From NCBI GenBank assembly GCA_964588985.1, contig CAZPQW010000023.1:1-55908 (forward strand): 55,908 bases of DNA. Reading direction: 5' to 3'. The notes under the pieces were generated by a model. It worked only from the letters and a program-made list of their open reading frames with translations. It made no database searches and was not told the DNA's origin. A program made the translations under genes and the position numbers. Shown here piece after piece: positions 1 to 10,213 of the stretch. Each line of letters begins with the position of its first letter. Position 1 is the stretch's first letter. Source of the DNA: an uncultured Solirubrobacteraceae bacterium (GTDB lineage Bacteria; Actinomycetota; Thermoleophilia; Solirubrobacterales; Solirubrobacteraceae).

Positions 1-540
1 GGCGAGGCGATCGTCACGAGCGACGTCGGCCAGCACCAGATGTGGGCGGCGCAGTACTACGACTTCCCCGAGCCGCGCCGCTGGATCAACTCGGGCGGGC
101 TCGGCACGATGGGATTCGGGCTCCCAGCCGCGATGGGCGCCGCGGTCGGCTCGCCCGATCGGCTCGTTTGCTGCATCGCGGGCGACGGGTCGGTGCAGAT
201 GAACGCGCAGGAGCTCGCCACGTGCGCGCAGAACAACATCCCGATCAAGGTGTTCATCATGAACAACGGCTATCTCGGCATGGTCCGCCAGTGGCAGGAG
301 CTATTCTGGGACGGCAAATACAGCCACGTCGACATGGGCGAGTTCCCCGACTTCGTGAAGCTCGCCGAGGCCTACGGAGTGACCGCGATGCGCCTGACCG
401 ACAAGACGACGCTGGTGGAGGACATGAAGCGCGCGATCGCAACCCCCGGCCCGGTTCTCGTCGACGTGCGCGTCACGCGCGAGGAGAACACCTACCCGAT
501 GATCCCCGCCGGCTCGGCCGCTCGGGAAATGGTGGGCTGA
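1..540 (+). CDS. ilvB: Acetolactate synthase large subunit, 3' part (5'-truncated by window)
   Basis: Frame open from base 1: [29 protein letters not shown] motif GDGS...[13 protein letters not shown]; followed by ilvN. Confidence 0.96.
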   Translation, partial: GEAIVTSDVGQHQMWAAQYYDFPEPRRWINSGGLGTMGFGLPAAMGAAVGSPDRLVCCIAGDGSVQMNAQELATCAQNNIPIKVFIMNNGYLGMVRQWQELFWDGKYSHVDMGEFPDFVKLAEAYGVTAMRLTDKTTLVEDMKRAIATPGPVLVDVRVTREENTYPMIPAGSAAREMVG

Positions 541-543
541 GCG

Positions 544-1101
544 ATGGGTGAACCGGGAACCAAGGAGCCCCTGAGCCTCGAGGAGCTGCAGGCCGCGACG
601 AGCCGGCGCACGGGCCGCAAGCACGTGCTGTCGATCCTCGTGGAAAACAAGTCCGGCGTCCTCACACGAATAGCCGGCCTGTTCGCGAGGCGAGGCTTCA
701 ACATCGACACGCTCACCGTCGGTCCGACCGAGGACGCGCAGATCTCGCGCGTCACGCTCACCGTCGACGGTGCGCTTCACCCGATCGACCAGGTCACCAA
801 GCAGCTGCACAAGCTGATCAACGTGCTGAAGATCCGCGACCTCGAGCCGGCCGACACGGTCTCGCGCGAGCTCGCGCTGTTCAAGGTCTCAGCCGACGGC
901 GTCCAGCGCGGCGAGCTGATGCAGATCGCGGAGATCTTCCGCGGCAAGGTCGTCGACGTGACCAAGCGCGCGATCATCATCGAGGTGACGGGCACGACGG
1001 ACAAGATCGAGGCGTTCGAGACGATGGTCCGCCCGTTCGGCCTGATCGAGATGATGCGCACGGGCGAGATAGCCATTTCCAGAGGACGTAGCGAGACGTA
1101 G
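544..1101 (+). CDS. ilvN: Acetolactate synthase small (regulatory) subunit
   Basis: ACT domain LSILVENKSGVLTRIAGLFARRGFNI; position after ilvB. Confidence 0.96.
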   Translation: MGEPGTKEPLSLEELQAATSRRTGRKHVLSILVENKSGVLTRIAGLFARRGFNIDTLTVGPTEDAQISRVTLTVDGALHPIDQVTKQLHKLINVLKIRDLEPADTVSRELALFKVSADGVQRGELMQIAEIFRGKVVDVTKRAIIIEVTGTTDKIEAFETMVRPFGLIEMMRTGEIAISRGRSET

Positions 1102-1105
1102 CCTG

Positions 1106-2566
1106 TTGCTGGAGACCGGCTCACGCGCCCCCTTCCAGCTGACCGACACCGATCGAGAGCGGCTGGCCGCACGACTGCGGCTGGCCGTGCGTCGGGCGCG
1201 GCGCACCGGGCGGGAGACGCTCGCGTCGCTGTCGCTGCCACTGCCGCGCGACGTCGACCCGTCGGCGGTCGTGTGCGCCTCGCGCAGGCCCGGCGAGCCG
1301 TGGTTCGTGTTCGAGCAGCCCGACCGTGGCCGCGCGGCGCTGGCGGCGCTGGGGGAGACGTTAACCCTCCAGGCGACCGGGCCGGAGCGCTTCGCGAACG
1401 TCGCTGACCGCTGGCGCGCGCTGTCCGCCGCCGCGGTGTCAGATCCGGCCGATGAGCCCGCGGGAGCCGGGGTGGGTGGGGGTCCGATCGCGGTCGGCGG
1501 GTTCGCGTTCGCCGGCGACGGCGGCGGGGCGCCGCACTGGCAGGGGTTCGAGCCGGCGTCGCTGGTCGTGCCCGAGGTCGCGCTCACACGCAGCCGGCAC
1601 AGGGAGGAGACGAGAGTCGGTCTGACGCTGACGGCGCTCGCCTCGCCCGACGACCTGCCCGAAGAGCTGCTCGACCGCATCGAGCAGCGCCTCTCGGAGC
1701 TGCGCACGAGCGAGCTGCCGCTGCTCGACCCCGCCCCGACCGGACGCTTCCAGGTCGCGAGCGCGATGCCGCCCGAGCACTACGAACAGGCGGTCGCGCG
1801 GGCGGTCGAGCGAATCGCGGCGGGGGACCTGGAGAAGATCGTGCTCGCGCGCGAAGTGCAGGTGCATGCGCCGCAGGCGTATGACCCGGCGGCGGTGTTC
1901 GGGGTGCTGCGCGAGGAGTTCCCGTCGTGCTTCGTGTTCTGCGTCGGGCGCGGCGACGCCACCCTGATCGCCGCGAGCCCCGAGCTGCTGATCCGGCGCG
2001 AGGGCCACCGAGTGAGCACGCTCGCGCTCGCGGGCTCCACGCGCCGCAGCGCCGATCCGGCGGTCGACGAGCACCTCGGCGAGCGGCTGCTGCGCGACGA
2101 GAGCTACCGCGAGGAGCACGCGATCGTGGCGCGACGAATCGAGCGCACGCTGCGCCCCCACGCGATCTGGGTCGCCGCCGCCCCCGAGCCCGAGCTCGTG
2201 AGGATCGCCAACATCCAGCACCTCGCCACGCCAATCCGCGCGCAGCTCGCCGCGCCGATGGAGGCACTCGAACTGGCCGGCTTAATGCACCCCACGCCCG
2301 CAGTGGGAGGCGAGCCGCTGGAGCGCGCCGCGCCGCTGATCCCGGCGCTGGAGGGACTCGACCGCGGCTGGTACTCCGGCCCCGTCGGCTGGACCGACGC
2401 GACAGGCGACGGCGAATTCTGCGTGGCGCTGCGGTGTGCGCTGCTGCGCGGGAGCGTCGCCCGCTGCTACGCGGGCAACGGCATCGTGCGCGACTCCGAC
2501 CCCGCGAGCGAGCTCGCCGAGACTGAGGTCAAGCTGCAGGCTCTCCTGCCTTTGCTCGCGGGTTGA
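1106..2566 (+). CDS. menF: Isochorismate synthase
   Basis: KIVLAR, ASPELL, LAGS, HPTPAVGG, RGWYSGPVGW, EFCVALR, AGNGIV chorismate-binding motifs; men cluster context. Confidence 0.9.
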   Translation: MLETGSRAPFQLTDTDRERLAARLRLAVRRARRTGRETLASLSLPLPRDVDPSAVVCASRRPGEPWFVFEQPDRGRAALAALGETLTLQATGPERFANVADRWRALSAAAVSDPADEPAGAGVGGGPIAVGGFAFAGDGGGAPHWQGFEPASLVVPEVALTRSRHREETRVGLTLTALASPDDLPEELLDRIEQRLSELRTSELPLLDPAPTGRFQVASAMPPEHYEQAVARAVERIAAGDLEKIVLAREVQVHAPQAYDPAAVFGVLREEFPSCFVFCVGRGDATLIAASPELLIRREGHRVSTLALAGSTRRSADPAVDEHLGERLLRDESYREEHAIVARRIERTLRPHAIWVAAAPEPELVRIANIQHLATPIRAQLAAPMEALELAGLMHPTPAVGGEPLERAAPLIPALEGLDRGWYSGPVGWTDATGDGEFCVALRCALLRGSVARCYAGNGIVRDSDPASELAETEVKLQALLPLLAG

Positions 2567-2573
2567 GGGCTCC

Positions 2574-4325
2574 TCAGCCGCCGCTGCGCGGGTTGAGGGC
2601 GCGCGACACGGCCTGCCAGACAGTGCGATGCAGTTCGACATTGTCCGGCCGTGCGGTGCGCACTTCGACGATGCTCGACTCATCATGCGCCATCGCCCGC
2701 TCGAGCGCGGCCCGGAAGCCGGCGACATCCTGCGCCTGCTCGTGGGCTAGCCCGAACAGCGCGGCCGCCTGTGCGAAATCGAGGTCGGTGGGCGTCGCAA
2801 CGTGTGTGGTGTAGATCTGCGCCTCGACGGTGTCGGCTTGCGCGACCGGAAGGAAGTCGAAGATCCCGCCGCCGTCGTTGTTGATCAGCACGATCGTCAG
2901 CTTCGATTGGGTGCGCCGCGCCGCGAGCAGGCCGCCGATGTCGTGGGCGAGCGCCACGTCGCCAATGAGGAGGACGACCGGGTCGTCGTCGGCCGCGGCC
3001 GCTCCGAAGGCGGAGGAGACGGTGCCGTCGATTCCGTTGGCGCCGCGGTTGCAGAGCGCGCGCGGCGGGTCCGAGCGCACGGGCCAGAACGTCTCGACAT
3101 CGCGCACGGGCATCGAGGAGGCGACGAACAGCGTCGCGTCCTCGGGCAGCAGCACCCCGAGCTCAGCCGCGACGGCGGGCTCTGACAGGTCGCTGGCCGC
3201 TAGCACACTGTTCATCGCCTCCGCCGCGAGCTCGTCGGCGCTGCGCCAGCTGGAGAGCCAGTCCTCGTCGGCGGGCGCGAGCGCGTCGGTCGCTTGTGCG
3301 AGCGCGTGGACGGGGTCGACCGCGAGAGAGTCAGAGAGCACCGACGCGGGGTCCTGCCACGCGCCCTCCGGGTCGAGGGCCACCTGGCGCACCTCTGCGC
3401 CCGCGAGGCTCGCGAGCCATTCGCGCAGGGGCTTGGACACCGGCAGATCGCCGACTCGCAGCACGAGGTCGGGCACAGCCCATTGCGCGAAGGACTCCTC
3501 GCGCAGCAGCGCGTCGTAGTGGGCCACCGCCGCGAGTCCGCGCCTGGCGCCGGAGAGCGGGTCGGCGAGCAGCGGCCAGCCTGCCGTCTGCGCGAACTCG
3601 GCCGCGGCCTGGCCAAGCGGCGTGTTGCGCTCGTGCCGGCCGGCCACAATCACGCCTCGCTGTGCGCCGGACACGAGCTCGTCCAGCGCGCTGGGCTTGG
3701 ATCGTGCGACGAGGCGGGTGTTTGGACGCGACAGGTACGGCGCTCCGTCAGGACGGCCGGTCTCGTCCTCGGGCAGCTGCTCCTCGGTGACGAGCGGCTC
3801 GCGCAGCGCGAAGTTGAGGTGGACGGCGCCGGGGCGCCCGTCGAGCGCGGTCCAGTAGGCGCGGCAGGCGAGCGTACGGATCCAGCGCAGGCGCTCCGGC
3901 GTCGCGTCGTGGATGCCGACGTCGAAGAACCACTTCGCGGCGTCGCCGAACAGCTTGAGCTGGTCGATCGCTTGTCCGGCGCCGTTCTCGCGCAGCTCCG
4001 GCGGCCGGTCGGCGGTGAGCACCAGCAGCGGAACCCGCGCCTCGTGTGCCTCGATCACTGCCGGCAGCAGATTCGCGACGGCGGTGCCCGACGTGCACGT
4101 GACCGCGACCGGCAGCCCCGACGCCTTGGCGAGTCCGAGCGCGAAGAACCCGGCGCAGCGCTCGTCGACGTGCGAGTGGCAGCGCAGGCGCTCCTCCCGC
4201 GCGAGCGAGAGCACGAGCGGCGTGTTGCGAGATCCCGGCGAGGTGCAAGCGGCGCGCATGCCGCAGCGCGCGAGCTCGTCCACGAACGCTCGCAGGAGGG
4301 TGTAGGTGTCGGTGGTGGGAGTCAT
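2574..4325 (-). CDS. menD: SEPHCHC synthase
   Basis: SPGSRNTPL, DERCAGFFALG, CTSGTA, TADRPPEL, NRGANGIDG, NNDGGGIF. Confidence 0.96.
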   Translation of the reverse strand: MTPTTDTYTLLRAFVDELARCGMRAACTSPGSRNTPLVLSLAREERLRCHSHVDERCAGFFALGLAKASGLPVAVTCTSGTAVANLLPAVIEAHEARVPLLVLTADRPPELRENGAGQAIDQLKLFGDAAKWFFDVGIHDATPERLRWIRTLACRAYWTALDGRPGAVHLNFALREPLVTEEQLPEDETGRPDGAPYLSRPNTRLVARSKPSALDELVSGAQRGVIVAGRHERNTPLGQAAAEFAQTAGWPLLADPLSGARRGLAAVAHYDALLREESFAQWAVPDLVLRVGDLPVSKPLREWLASLAGAEVRQVALDPEGAWQDPASVLSDSLAVDPVHALAQATDALAPADEDWLSSWRSADELAAEAMNSVLAASDLSEPAVAAELGVLLPEDATLFVASSMPVRDVETFWPVRSDPPRALCNRGANGIDGTVSSAFGAAAADDDPVVLLIGDVALAHDIGGLLAARRTQSKLTIVLINNDGGGIFDFLPVAQADTVEAQIYTTHVATPTDLDFAQAAALFGLAHEQAQDVAGFRAALERAMAHDESSIVEVRTARPDNVELHRTVWQAVSRALNPRSGG

Positions 4326-4336
4326 ACGATGGGCGC

Positions 4337-5152
4337 GTGCCGGAGAACCTTGTCCTACTCCACGGGTTCAGCGGAACCAGGCGTGCTTGGGACGGCGTGA
4401 TCGAGCGGCTCGACCCCGAACGCTACCTGCCGCTGGCTCTCGACCTACCCGGGCACGGCGAGGCGGTGGACGCTGAGCGGCCGATCACGTTCGAGGGGTG
4501 CGCTGAAGCCGTGCTCGCGGAGGCTCCGGAGCGCTTCGCTCTGTGCGGCTACTCGATGGGTGGGCGGGTGGCGCTGCATGTCGCGCTGGCCGCTCCGGAG
4601 CGCGTGTCGCGGCTGGTGCTCGTGGCGAGTACGGCGGGGATCGAGGACGACGCGGAGCGCGCCGAGCGACGCCTGGCTGACGACGCGCTTGCCGATGAGC
4701 TTGAACGAGTGCCGTTCGAGGAGTTCGTCGAGCGCTGGCGCACTCAGCCACTGTTCGCCGAGGATCCGCCCGAGGTAGACGAGTTGGCGCGCGAGGATCA
4801 GCGCCGCAACAGGCCCGACGCGCTTGCCGCCGTCCTGCGCGGGATCGGCACAGGGGCGATGGAGCCGCTGTGGGGCAGGCTGGGGGAGCTGGGGATGACG
4901 GTGACGGTGGTGGCCGGGGATCGGGATGCGAAGTTCCAGGCGCTCGGGCGGCGGATGGTGGGGCTGGTGCCTGATGGTGAGTCGGTGGTCGTGCCCGGGG
5001 GGCACGGGTTGCCGTTGGAGAACCCGGGGGCGGTGGCTGATGTCTTGAGTCAGCTGTCTGTGCGACGCGCCGGCGCAGGTCGAGAGCGCTGTTCGGTGCC
5101 CGGCACATTCGATGCTGAGCTTGCTGATTCGCGGAAAGCGTTCGGACAGTGA
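4337..5152 (+). CDS. menH: SHCHC synthase, alpha/beta hydrolase
   Basis: LHGF, DLPGHG, GYSMGGR nucleophile elbow, D-x-KF; divergent from menD; the last ~30 aa look like a non-conserved extension. Confidence 0.85.
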   Translation: MPENLVLLHGFSGTRRAWDGVIERLDPERYLPLALDLPGHGEAVDAERPITFEGCAEAVLAEAPERFALCGYSMGGRVALHVALAAPERVSRLVLVASTAGIEDDAERAERRLADDALADELERVPFEEFVERWRTQPLFAEDPPEVDELAREDQRRNRPDALAAVLRGIGTGAMEPLWGRLGELGMTVTVVAGDRDAKFQALGRRMVGLVPDGESVVVPGGHGLPLENPGAVADVLSQLSVRRAGAGRERCSVPGTFDAELADSRKAFGQ

Positions 5153-5313
5153 AGCGGTGTTCCATATCGATCGTTACACGCGCAGGCGAGCGTCACTTGG
5201 GCAGTTTTGTCGTGATGGCTCCTCTGGACTCAAGCGCTGCATAACAGTCCTATTTCAACTGGGCACGCTCGTGCGACGACTCGGCATCGCATAGGATCCG
5301 TCACAATTCAAGC

Positions 5314-7104
5314 ATGCTGACCATCTCTAGCCCGCCGGATCGTCGTGATGTGTTCGTATCGCACGCCAGCGAGGATAAGGACGTTATCGCCAGACCACTC
5401 GCCGATGAGCTACTGCGGCGAGGTCATAGCGTGTGGTTTGACGAGTACGAGCTCGTATTGGGCGATCCCTTGAGACAGAAGATTGATGAGGGCCTTGCAG
5501 AGAGCGTGATCGGTGTCGTGATCCTCAGCCATGCCTTTTTCGCCAAGCGCTGGCCGACGCGCGAGCTCGAAGGGTTCAACGCGAGGTTGATGGGCGGCGA
5601 GAAGAACGTGATCGTCCCGGTCTGGCACGAGCTTGATGAGCAGGATCTTCTGCGCTACTCGCCATTGTTGGCCGGACTGCTCGCCGGAAATTCGGCCAAC
5701 GGCGTTTCTATGCTTGCCGATGACATTGAGCGAGTGCTTGCTCGGCGCACTGCGAGCAGTCACCGGTTAGAGCTAATCCCGCAGGCTATCCCGGGCGTGA
5801 CCATGTCAGCCACGCACGCAACCCGCCCCACGGTGCTCACCCCGGCAGCGCCTCCCGAGGAGGACGGCGGGTCCGCCTTCGCAGACCCATATGAGGAGGA
5901 GAAGCCCCGCGACACTGCCGAAGTCGTCGTCACAGAGGAACTCGTCGATGCTGGTGAATATGCCAGACCCACCATGGCTGATCGGACGCAAGGGCCCGCG
6001 CCGGACCCTGAACCCGCTGCGCCCGCTCGGTGGCCGTGGCCGATCGCGGTGGGGCTCGTGGGTGCAGCGGCCGCGGCGCTCGTCCTCATCGCCCGGCTGG
6101 GGGGAGAATTGGGTGGCGCGCACGCCTCCACCTTCCGGAGCGGTCATCTTGTGCTCTATGCCGATCAGCAATGGCACACCGACAAGGTCGCAGCGCCCGG
6201 CATCTCCCTCATGGCTCCGGTTGCCATATCGAAGGGCCAGACACAGTTGCATGCGGGCACCATCAGCAAGCCGGGCAGTGTCGTCGCCGAATTGCCGCCC
6301 GCACTTCGGTCGATCTATGGTGCTCCTGCCCAATCGGGCGTCATCACCCTCCCGCTCGGTCGTGCAAGACGTTACCTCTGGCCGGACCCCGCCGAGCACC
6401 CACCACTCGCCTTGGTGATCGTGGCAACCGGCACCGGGGAAGTGGCAATCGATTGCAGTACGTCCTCCAACATCGCATTCAACAGCTCACTAGGTGTATG
6501 TATGGGTATCCTGGGCAAGGCACGGATAGTCGGGGCGTCGGTCGAATACCCGGGGCCCGATCCGAGCGTTGGGAGCAAGCTGTCAAGTGCGCTTCGTCCG
6601 GTCGAAGTCATAGCGCCAACAACCCTGACCGCGCTTTTGGCATCTCGGTTGACCATCAGGGCTCAAGCCCTCAAGAAGCTGGCGCTTGCATGGGCTACTG
6701 CGGCCAACGCTGTCCGGGCGATTACCTCGTCGCCACGATACGCTGAGGTGATCGCACAGTTGTCCGCGGCGCTGAAGAGTGAGGCCGCCATGGCTGCAAG
6801 GATCGCCGCAGCAGCACAGCAAGGCAGACGTGCCACATACGCGGCACTCTCGTCGCGTTTCCCGGGCGCCAGATCCCGCGTTGAGCTGAGCAGTCGGCGA
6901 CTCGCGCTCATGGGCTTCAGGTTGCCGAGCTTGGCGCGCGTCAACATCGCCGCTCTTCCACACGTGGCGACCGTCCAGCACACGGCGGCGACCGTGGCTG
7001 CAACCTCCACGCTCCCGACACCGATTGTGACAACACCCAGCACTCCGGTCCCGGCCCCCAAACCCAAGCCGCGTGAAGAAACGATCGAAACGGAAGGGCG
7101 GTAG
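5314..7104 (+). CDS. TIR-domain membrane protein (N-terminal TIR, Pro/acidic linker, single TM helix, C-terminal extracytoplasmic region)
   Basis: DVFVSHASEDK, VWFDEYEL..GD, VVILSHAFFAKRWPTRE (WxxxE), IVPVWH; hydrophobic WPWPIAVGLVGAAAAALVLIA. Confidence 0.85.
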   Translation: MLTISSPPDRRDVFVSHASEDKDVIARPLADELLRRGHSVWFDEYELVLGDPLRQKIDEGLAESVIGVVILSHAFFAKRWPTRELEGFNARLMGGEKNVIVPVWHELDEQDLLRYSPLLAGLLAGNSANGVSMLADDIERVLARRTASSHRLELIPQAIPGVTMSATHATRPTVLTPAAPPEEDGGSAFADPYEEEKPRDTAEVVVTEELVDAGEYARPTMADRTQGPAPDPEPAAPARWPWPIAVGLVGAAAAALVLIARLGGELGGAHASTFRSGHLVLYADQQWHTDKVAAPGISLMAPVAISKGQTQLHAGTISKPGSVVAELPPALRSIYGAPAQSGVITLPLGRARRYLWPDPAEHPPLALVIVATGTGEVAIDCSTSSNIAFNSSLGVCMGILGKARIVGASVEYPGPDPSVGSKLSSALRPVEVIAPTTLTALLASRLTIRAQALKKLALAWATAANAVRAITSSPRYAEVIAQLSAALKSEAAMAARIAAAAQQGRRATYAALSSRFPGARSRVELSSRRLALMGFRLPSLARVNIAALPHVATVQHTAATVAATSTLPTPIVTTPSTPVPAPKPKPREETIETEGR

Positions 7105-7150
7105 TACGCGCCGCTGCCGCTGACCTGCCTAATCGCTCGCGATACCTCTT

Positions 7151-8350
7151 ATGCACTCATCCAACCCTCACCCCGTTTGGGCTCCGGGCGCTCCACGGCA
7201 ATCCCCTGGCGCAATTCGCAATCTGCGGCGAACAGCCGCTCAAAAAGCGACCGCGTTGTGTCTGCTGCTCGCCGCCCTAGCGATTGCACCAAGCGCGTGG
7301 GCTGCACCAGCGCGCGTTCTGCAGTCGGCGCCAGTGGCGCGTTCGTCAAGCACATCGATCACGTGGGGCCCGGCCGCGCAGCAGTTCGTGGGCCCCTTTG
7401 ACGTGTTCTTCCGCGAGGCGAGGAACTCGGCGAGGCCGAACCAGGTACGCATTACGCGGGTGAGGATCTTCGGTCTCAAGCCCGGCGACGATGTTGCGGT
7501 GTCGTGCGTCGCTTGCCGCGGCTCTCACCGGGTTGGGCCGATCACTGTAGACGCCGGCTGGGTGGACGTGACACCCCATCATCTGATCGCCACCTCCAGG
7601 TCGCTGGTTAGCGTGTTGGTCAGCGGACCATTGGGCAAGATCGGGCGCTTCAAGGAGTATGCCCTGAACCCCCACACCGGAACGGACCGTGTGGTCTCGG
7701 AAGGCTGTGAAAAGACACCAGCGCACGAATGCGCGCCAACGTCGCTGCTCGGACTTGGGTTCTCGCCGGAGAGTTTTCGCCGGCCCACCTGTCCGCAGGA
7801 ATGCATCGCGATGAGTCGCACGACTGGCTTTCAGGAAACGATCGAAAACTACACCCCGATCCTCGGTGAAAGCGGCGTCGGGCGGGCACAGAAGGTGCCA
7901 TATGAAGGCGCGATCGTAGCGTGGGAAGTCTATCTGGGCAAGCCCACCCGGCAGCAGACCTCCTTCTTCGATGCCCACGAGGATGGTCCGGCGGAGGCTG
8001 GCATCGCAGTGCTGCGCCCTCACGGTGGTTCACCCGATAGCTACGAACTGGTAGCAAGCTCACCCGTGGAGATCCTTGAACCATACTTCGGCCGGAGAGT
8101 CAGCTTTAGTCTAAAAGCTCGTCTTCCCGTGCTTCCAGGCGATGAGATCGCGCTCGTCGTACCCACCTGGGCTCCGGTACTCGGGGTGGGTTTCGGCAAT
8201 GGCACCACCTGGCGCGCCAGCCGACCGCCGACACAGTGCACCGGCAGGACCGAACAGGCCGCGCAGAGAGCGGTGGGTAGCGTGATCGAGTACGCCTGCC
8301 AATATCAGGCGCACTTGATGTACAAGCCACTGCTGAGCCCAGAGACCTGA
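7151..8350 (+). CDS. Secreted Cys-containing hypothetical protein
   Basis: Signal-peptide-like ALCLLLAALAIAPSAWA; several Cys pairs; exact start uncertain. Confidence 0.7.
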   Translation: MHSSNPHPVWAPGAPRQSPGAIRNLRRTAAQKATALCLLLAALAIAPSAWAAPARVLQSAPVARSSSTSITWGPAAQQFVGPFDVFFREARNSARPNQVRITRVRIFGLKPGDDVAVSCVACRGSHRVGPITVDAGWVDVTPHHLIATSRSLVSVLVSGPLGKIGRFKEYALNPHTGTDRVVSEGCEKTPAHECAPTSLLGLGFSPESFRRPTCPQECIAMSRTTGFQETIENYTPILGESGVGRAQKVPYEGAIVAWEVYLGKPTRQQTSFFDAHEDGPAEAGIAVLRPHGGSPDSYELVASSPVEILEPYFGRRVSFSLKARLPVLPGDEIALVVPTWAPVLGVGFGNGTTWRASRPPTQCTGRTEQAAQRAVGSVIEYACQYQAHLMYKPLLSPET

Positions 8351-8387
8351 CGGCAAGCACAGTGAGCCGCTCGGTTTGTGAGGTGAG

Positions 8388-8819
8388 GTGAAACCCAACC
8401 GCTCCATACCTCGATCCACCGTCATCCCGGTGCTGATCTACCCCGACGTGCGCGAGGCCGTGAACTGGCTGGGGGCGGCATTCGGGTTCGCGGAGCGCGT
8501 CCGGATCGGCGAGAACCACCGCGCGCAGCTCAGCTTCGGAGATGGCGCGGTGATCGTGGGCGACGTGCGAGGAGAGCGCCGGCCGCCCCGTCCGGGCGAG
8601 GTGACGCATTCGGTGATGGTGCGCGTCGAGGATGCTCGCGCTCATTGTGAGCGCGCTCGAGCACATGGTGCGAGCATCGTCATGGAGCCGACGGACTTCG
8701 AGTACGGTGAGCGGCAGTACACCGTCGAGGATCCGGCAGGGCACCAGTGGACGTTCTCTGAGACGCTCGCCGACGTGGCGCCCGAGGGGTGGGGCGGGAC
8801 GTCGGTCGTGAATGACTGA
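8388..8819 (+). CDS. VOC/glyoxalase family protein
   Basis: IPVLIYPDVREAVNWL..AFGF; YGERQYTVEDPAGHQWTF. Confidence 0.88.
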   Translation: MKPNRSIPRSTVIPVLIYPDVREAVNWLGAAFGFAERVRIGENHRAQLSFGDGAVIVGDVRGERRPPRPGEVTHSVMVRVEDARAHCERARAHGASIVMEPTDFEYGERQYTVEDPAGHQWTFSETLADVAPEGWGGTSVVND

Positions 8820-8875
8820 CTCGGCGCCCAGCCCCACCGGTTACGCTCACCCGAAACCAGCAACGGAGGAGCCAG

Positions 8876-9160
8876 ATGCCCGAGAACCCGACGTTGTACG
8901 TGTGCCACGGCGATGACGGCGGCCCGAAGATCCACCCGTGTCGGCGCGTGCAGGAGGCGCTCCGCGAGGCGGGGATCGAGTACGAGAAGGTGATCGCGGC
9001 CCACGGCAGCCCGATCCCGTTTCTGCGCAAAGGCTCGCGCGAGGATCTGCGCACGGCGACCGGCGACACGAAACTGCCGGCGCTGAAGCTGGCCGACGGA
9101 GCGGTCATCTCGCCGTCGAAGGCGATCCTCTCCTGGATCGGCGAGCAGAGGTCGGCGTGA
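8876..9160 (+). CDS. Glutaredoxin / GST N-terminal-like small protein
   Basis: HPCRRVQEAL...GIEYE...TGDTKLPAL...SKAILSW thioredoxin-like pattern; GGAGG RBS upstream. Confidence 0.75.
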   Translation: MPENPTLYVCHGDDGGPKIHPCRRVQEALREAGIEYEKVIAAHGSPIPFLRKGSREDLRTATGDTKLPALKLADGAVISPSKAILSWIGEQRSA

Positions 9161-9181
9161 GGCTCCGCGCCGGCTGAGAGC

Positions 9182-10213
9182 CTAAAACGGCTCGACTCCG
9201 AGCCCCGGCTTGGTGGGCAGCGCGATTGCGCCCTCTCGCACCGGCAAGGGGTTCTGGAGGTCGGCGAACATGCCGAGCGTGGCGAGTCCGCAGTGCGGCA
9301 TCGGCCCGCGCGTTGCGAGCGCCGCGGCTGCGTGCAGGGCGGCGGCGACCCCGAGCGGCCCGTCGAGCGTGGACGCGAGGTAGACCTCCGCGCCGGTGGA
9401 GCGAACGAGCGCTGCAGCGGCCACGAGCCGCCCGATCCCGCCGCAGCGGGAGATCTTCAAACACACTGCGTCGGCGACCCCCGCTGTGAGCGCTCCCAGC
9501 TCGCCTGCGGTCTCGTCGATCGACACGCGCACCGCGACGCGCTCGCGCACTTCGCGCACCTCGTGCAGGCCGTGCGTGGGCTCCTCCACGAGCTCGAGGC
9601 CGGCGGGGGAGAGCGCGTCGATCGCGCGGACCGCCTCCTCGACGCTCCACGCGCCGTTCGCGTCCAGGCGCAGCATCGCCCGCGGGCCGGCTCCGGCGCG
9701 CACAGCGGCGACGCGCCCGGCGTCGTCGCCGACGCCGACCTTGACCTTCAGGCAGGTGAAGCCTTCCTGCACGGCGTTCGCCGCCTGCTCTGCCGCGCCG
9801 GCGCGATCGAGCGCGGAGAGGGTGGCGTTGACCGGTACGTGCATCGCGTGGTCGTCGCTCAGCAGCGCGGCGACGGGCTTGCCGATGCGCCGGCCGGCGC
9901 GGTCCCACAGCGCCATGTCGACCGCTGCGAGCGCCTGCGGGAGCGGGTCGCGCTCCTGGCAGGCTTCGACGAGCCGCGCGCCGCTGATCTCCTCGGCGTG
10001 CTCGACCAACGGCCGATAGAGCGCGAGCGCTTGCTCGACGCGCTCGATGCTGACGCCGTCGTATGCCTCCAGCGGCGCCGCTTCGCCGTAGCCGGCGAGC
10101 CCGTCGTCTCCGGTCAGCGTGACGAGCAGCAGCTCGCGCTCCCGCACCGCGCCGTATGAGCTCTGAAGCGGCGTGGTGAGCCGCAGTGCCCGCCGCTCGA
10201 CCGCGAGCTTCAC
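9182..10213 (-). CDS. menC: o-succinylbenzoate synthase (enolase superfamily)
   Basis: GYGEAAPL, KVKVG, RLDANGAW, EEP, IDE, K; GTG start overlaps menA stop (GTGA). Confidence 0.85.
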   Translation of the reverse strand: MKLAVERRALRLTTPLQSSYGAVRERELLLVTLTGDDGLAGYGEAAPLEAYDGVSIERVEQALALYRPLVEHAEEISGARLVEACQERDPLPQALAAVDMALWDRAGRRIGKPVAALLSDDHAMHVPVNATLSALDRAGAAEQAANAVQEGFTCLKVKVGVGDDAGRVAAVRAGAGPRAMLRLDANGAWSVEEAVRAIDALSPAGLELVEEPTHGLHEVREVRERVAVRVSIDETAGELGALTAGVADAVCLKISRCGGIGRLVAAAALVRSTGAEVYLASTLDGPLGVAAALHAAAALATRGPMPHCGLATLGMFADLQNPLPVREGAIALPTKPGLGVEPF

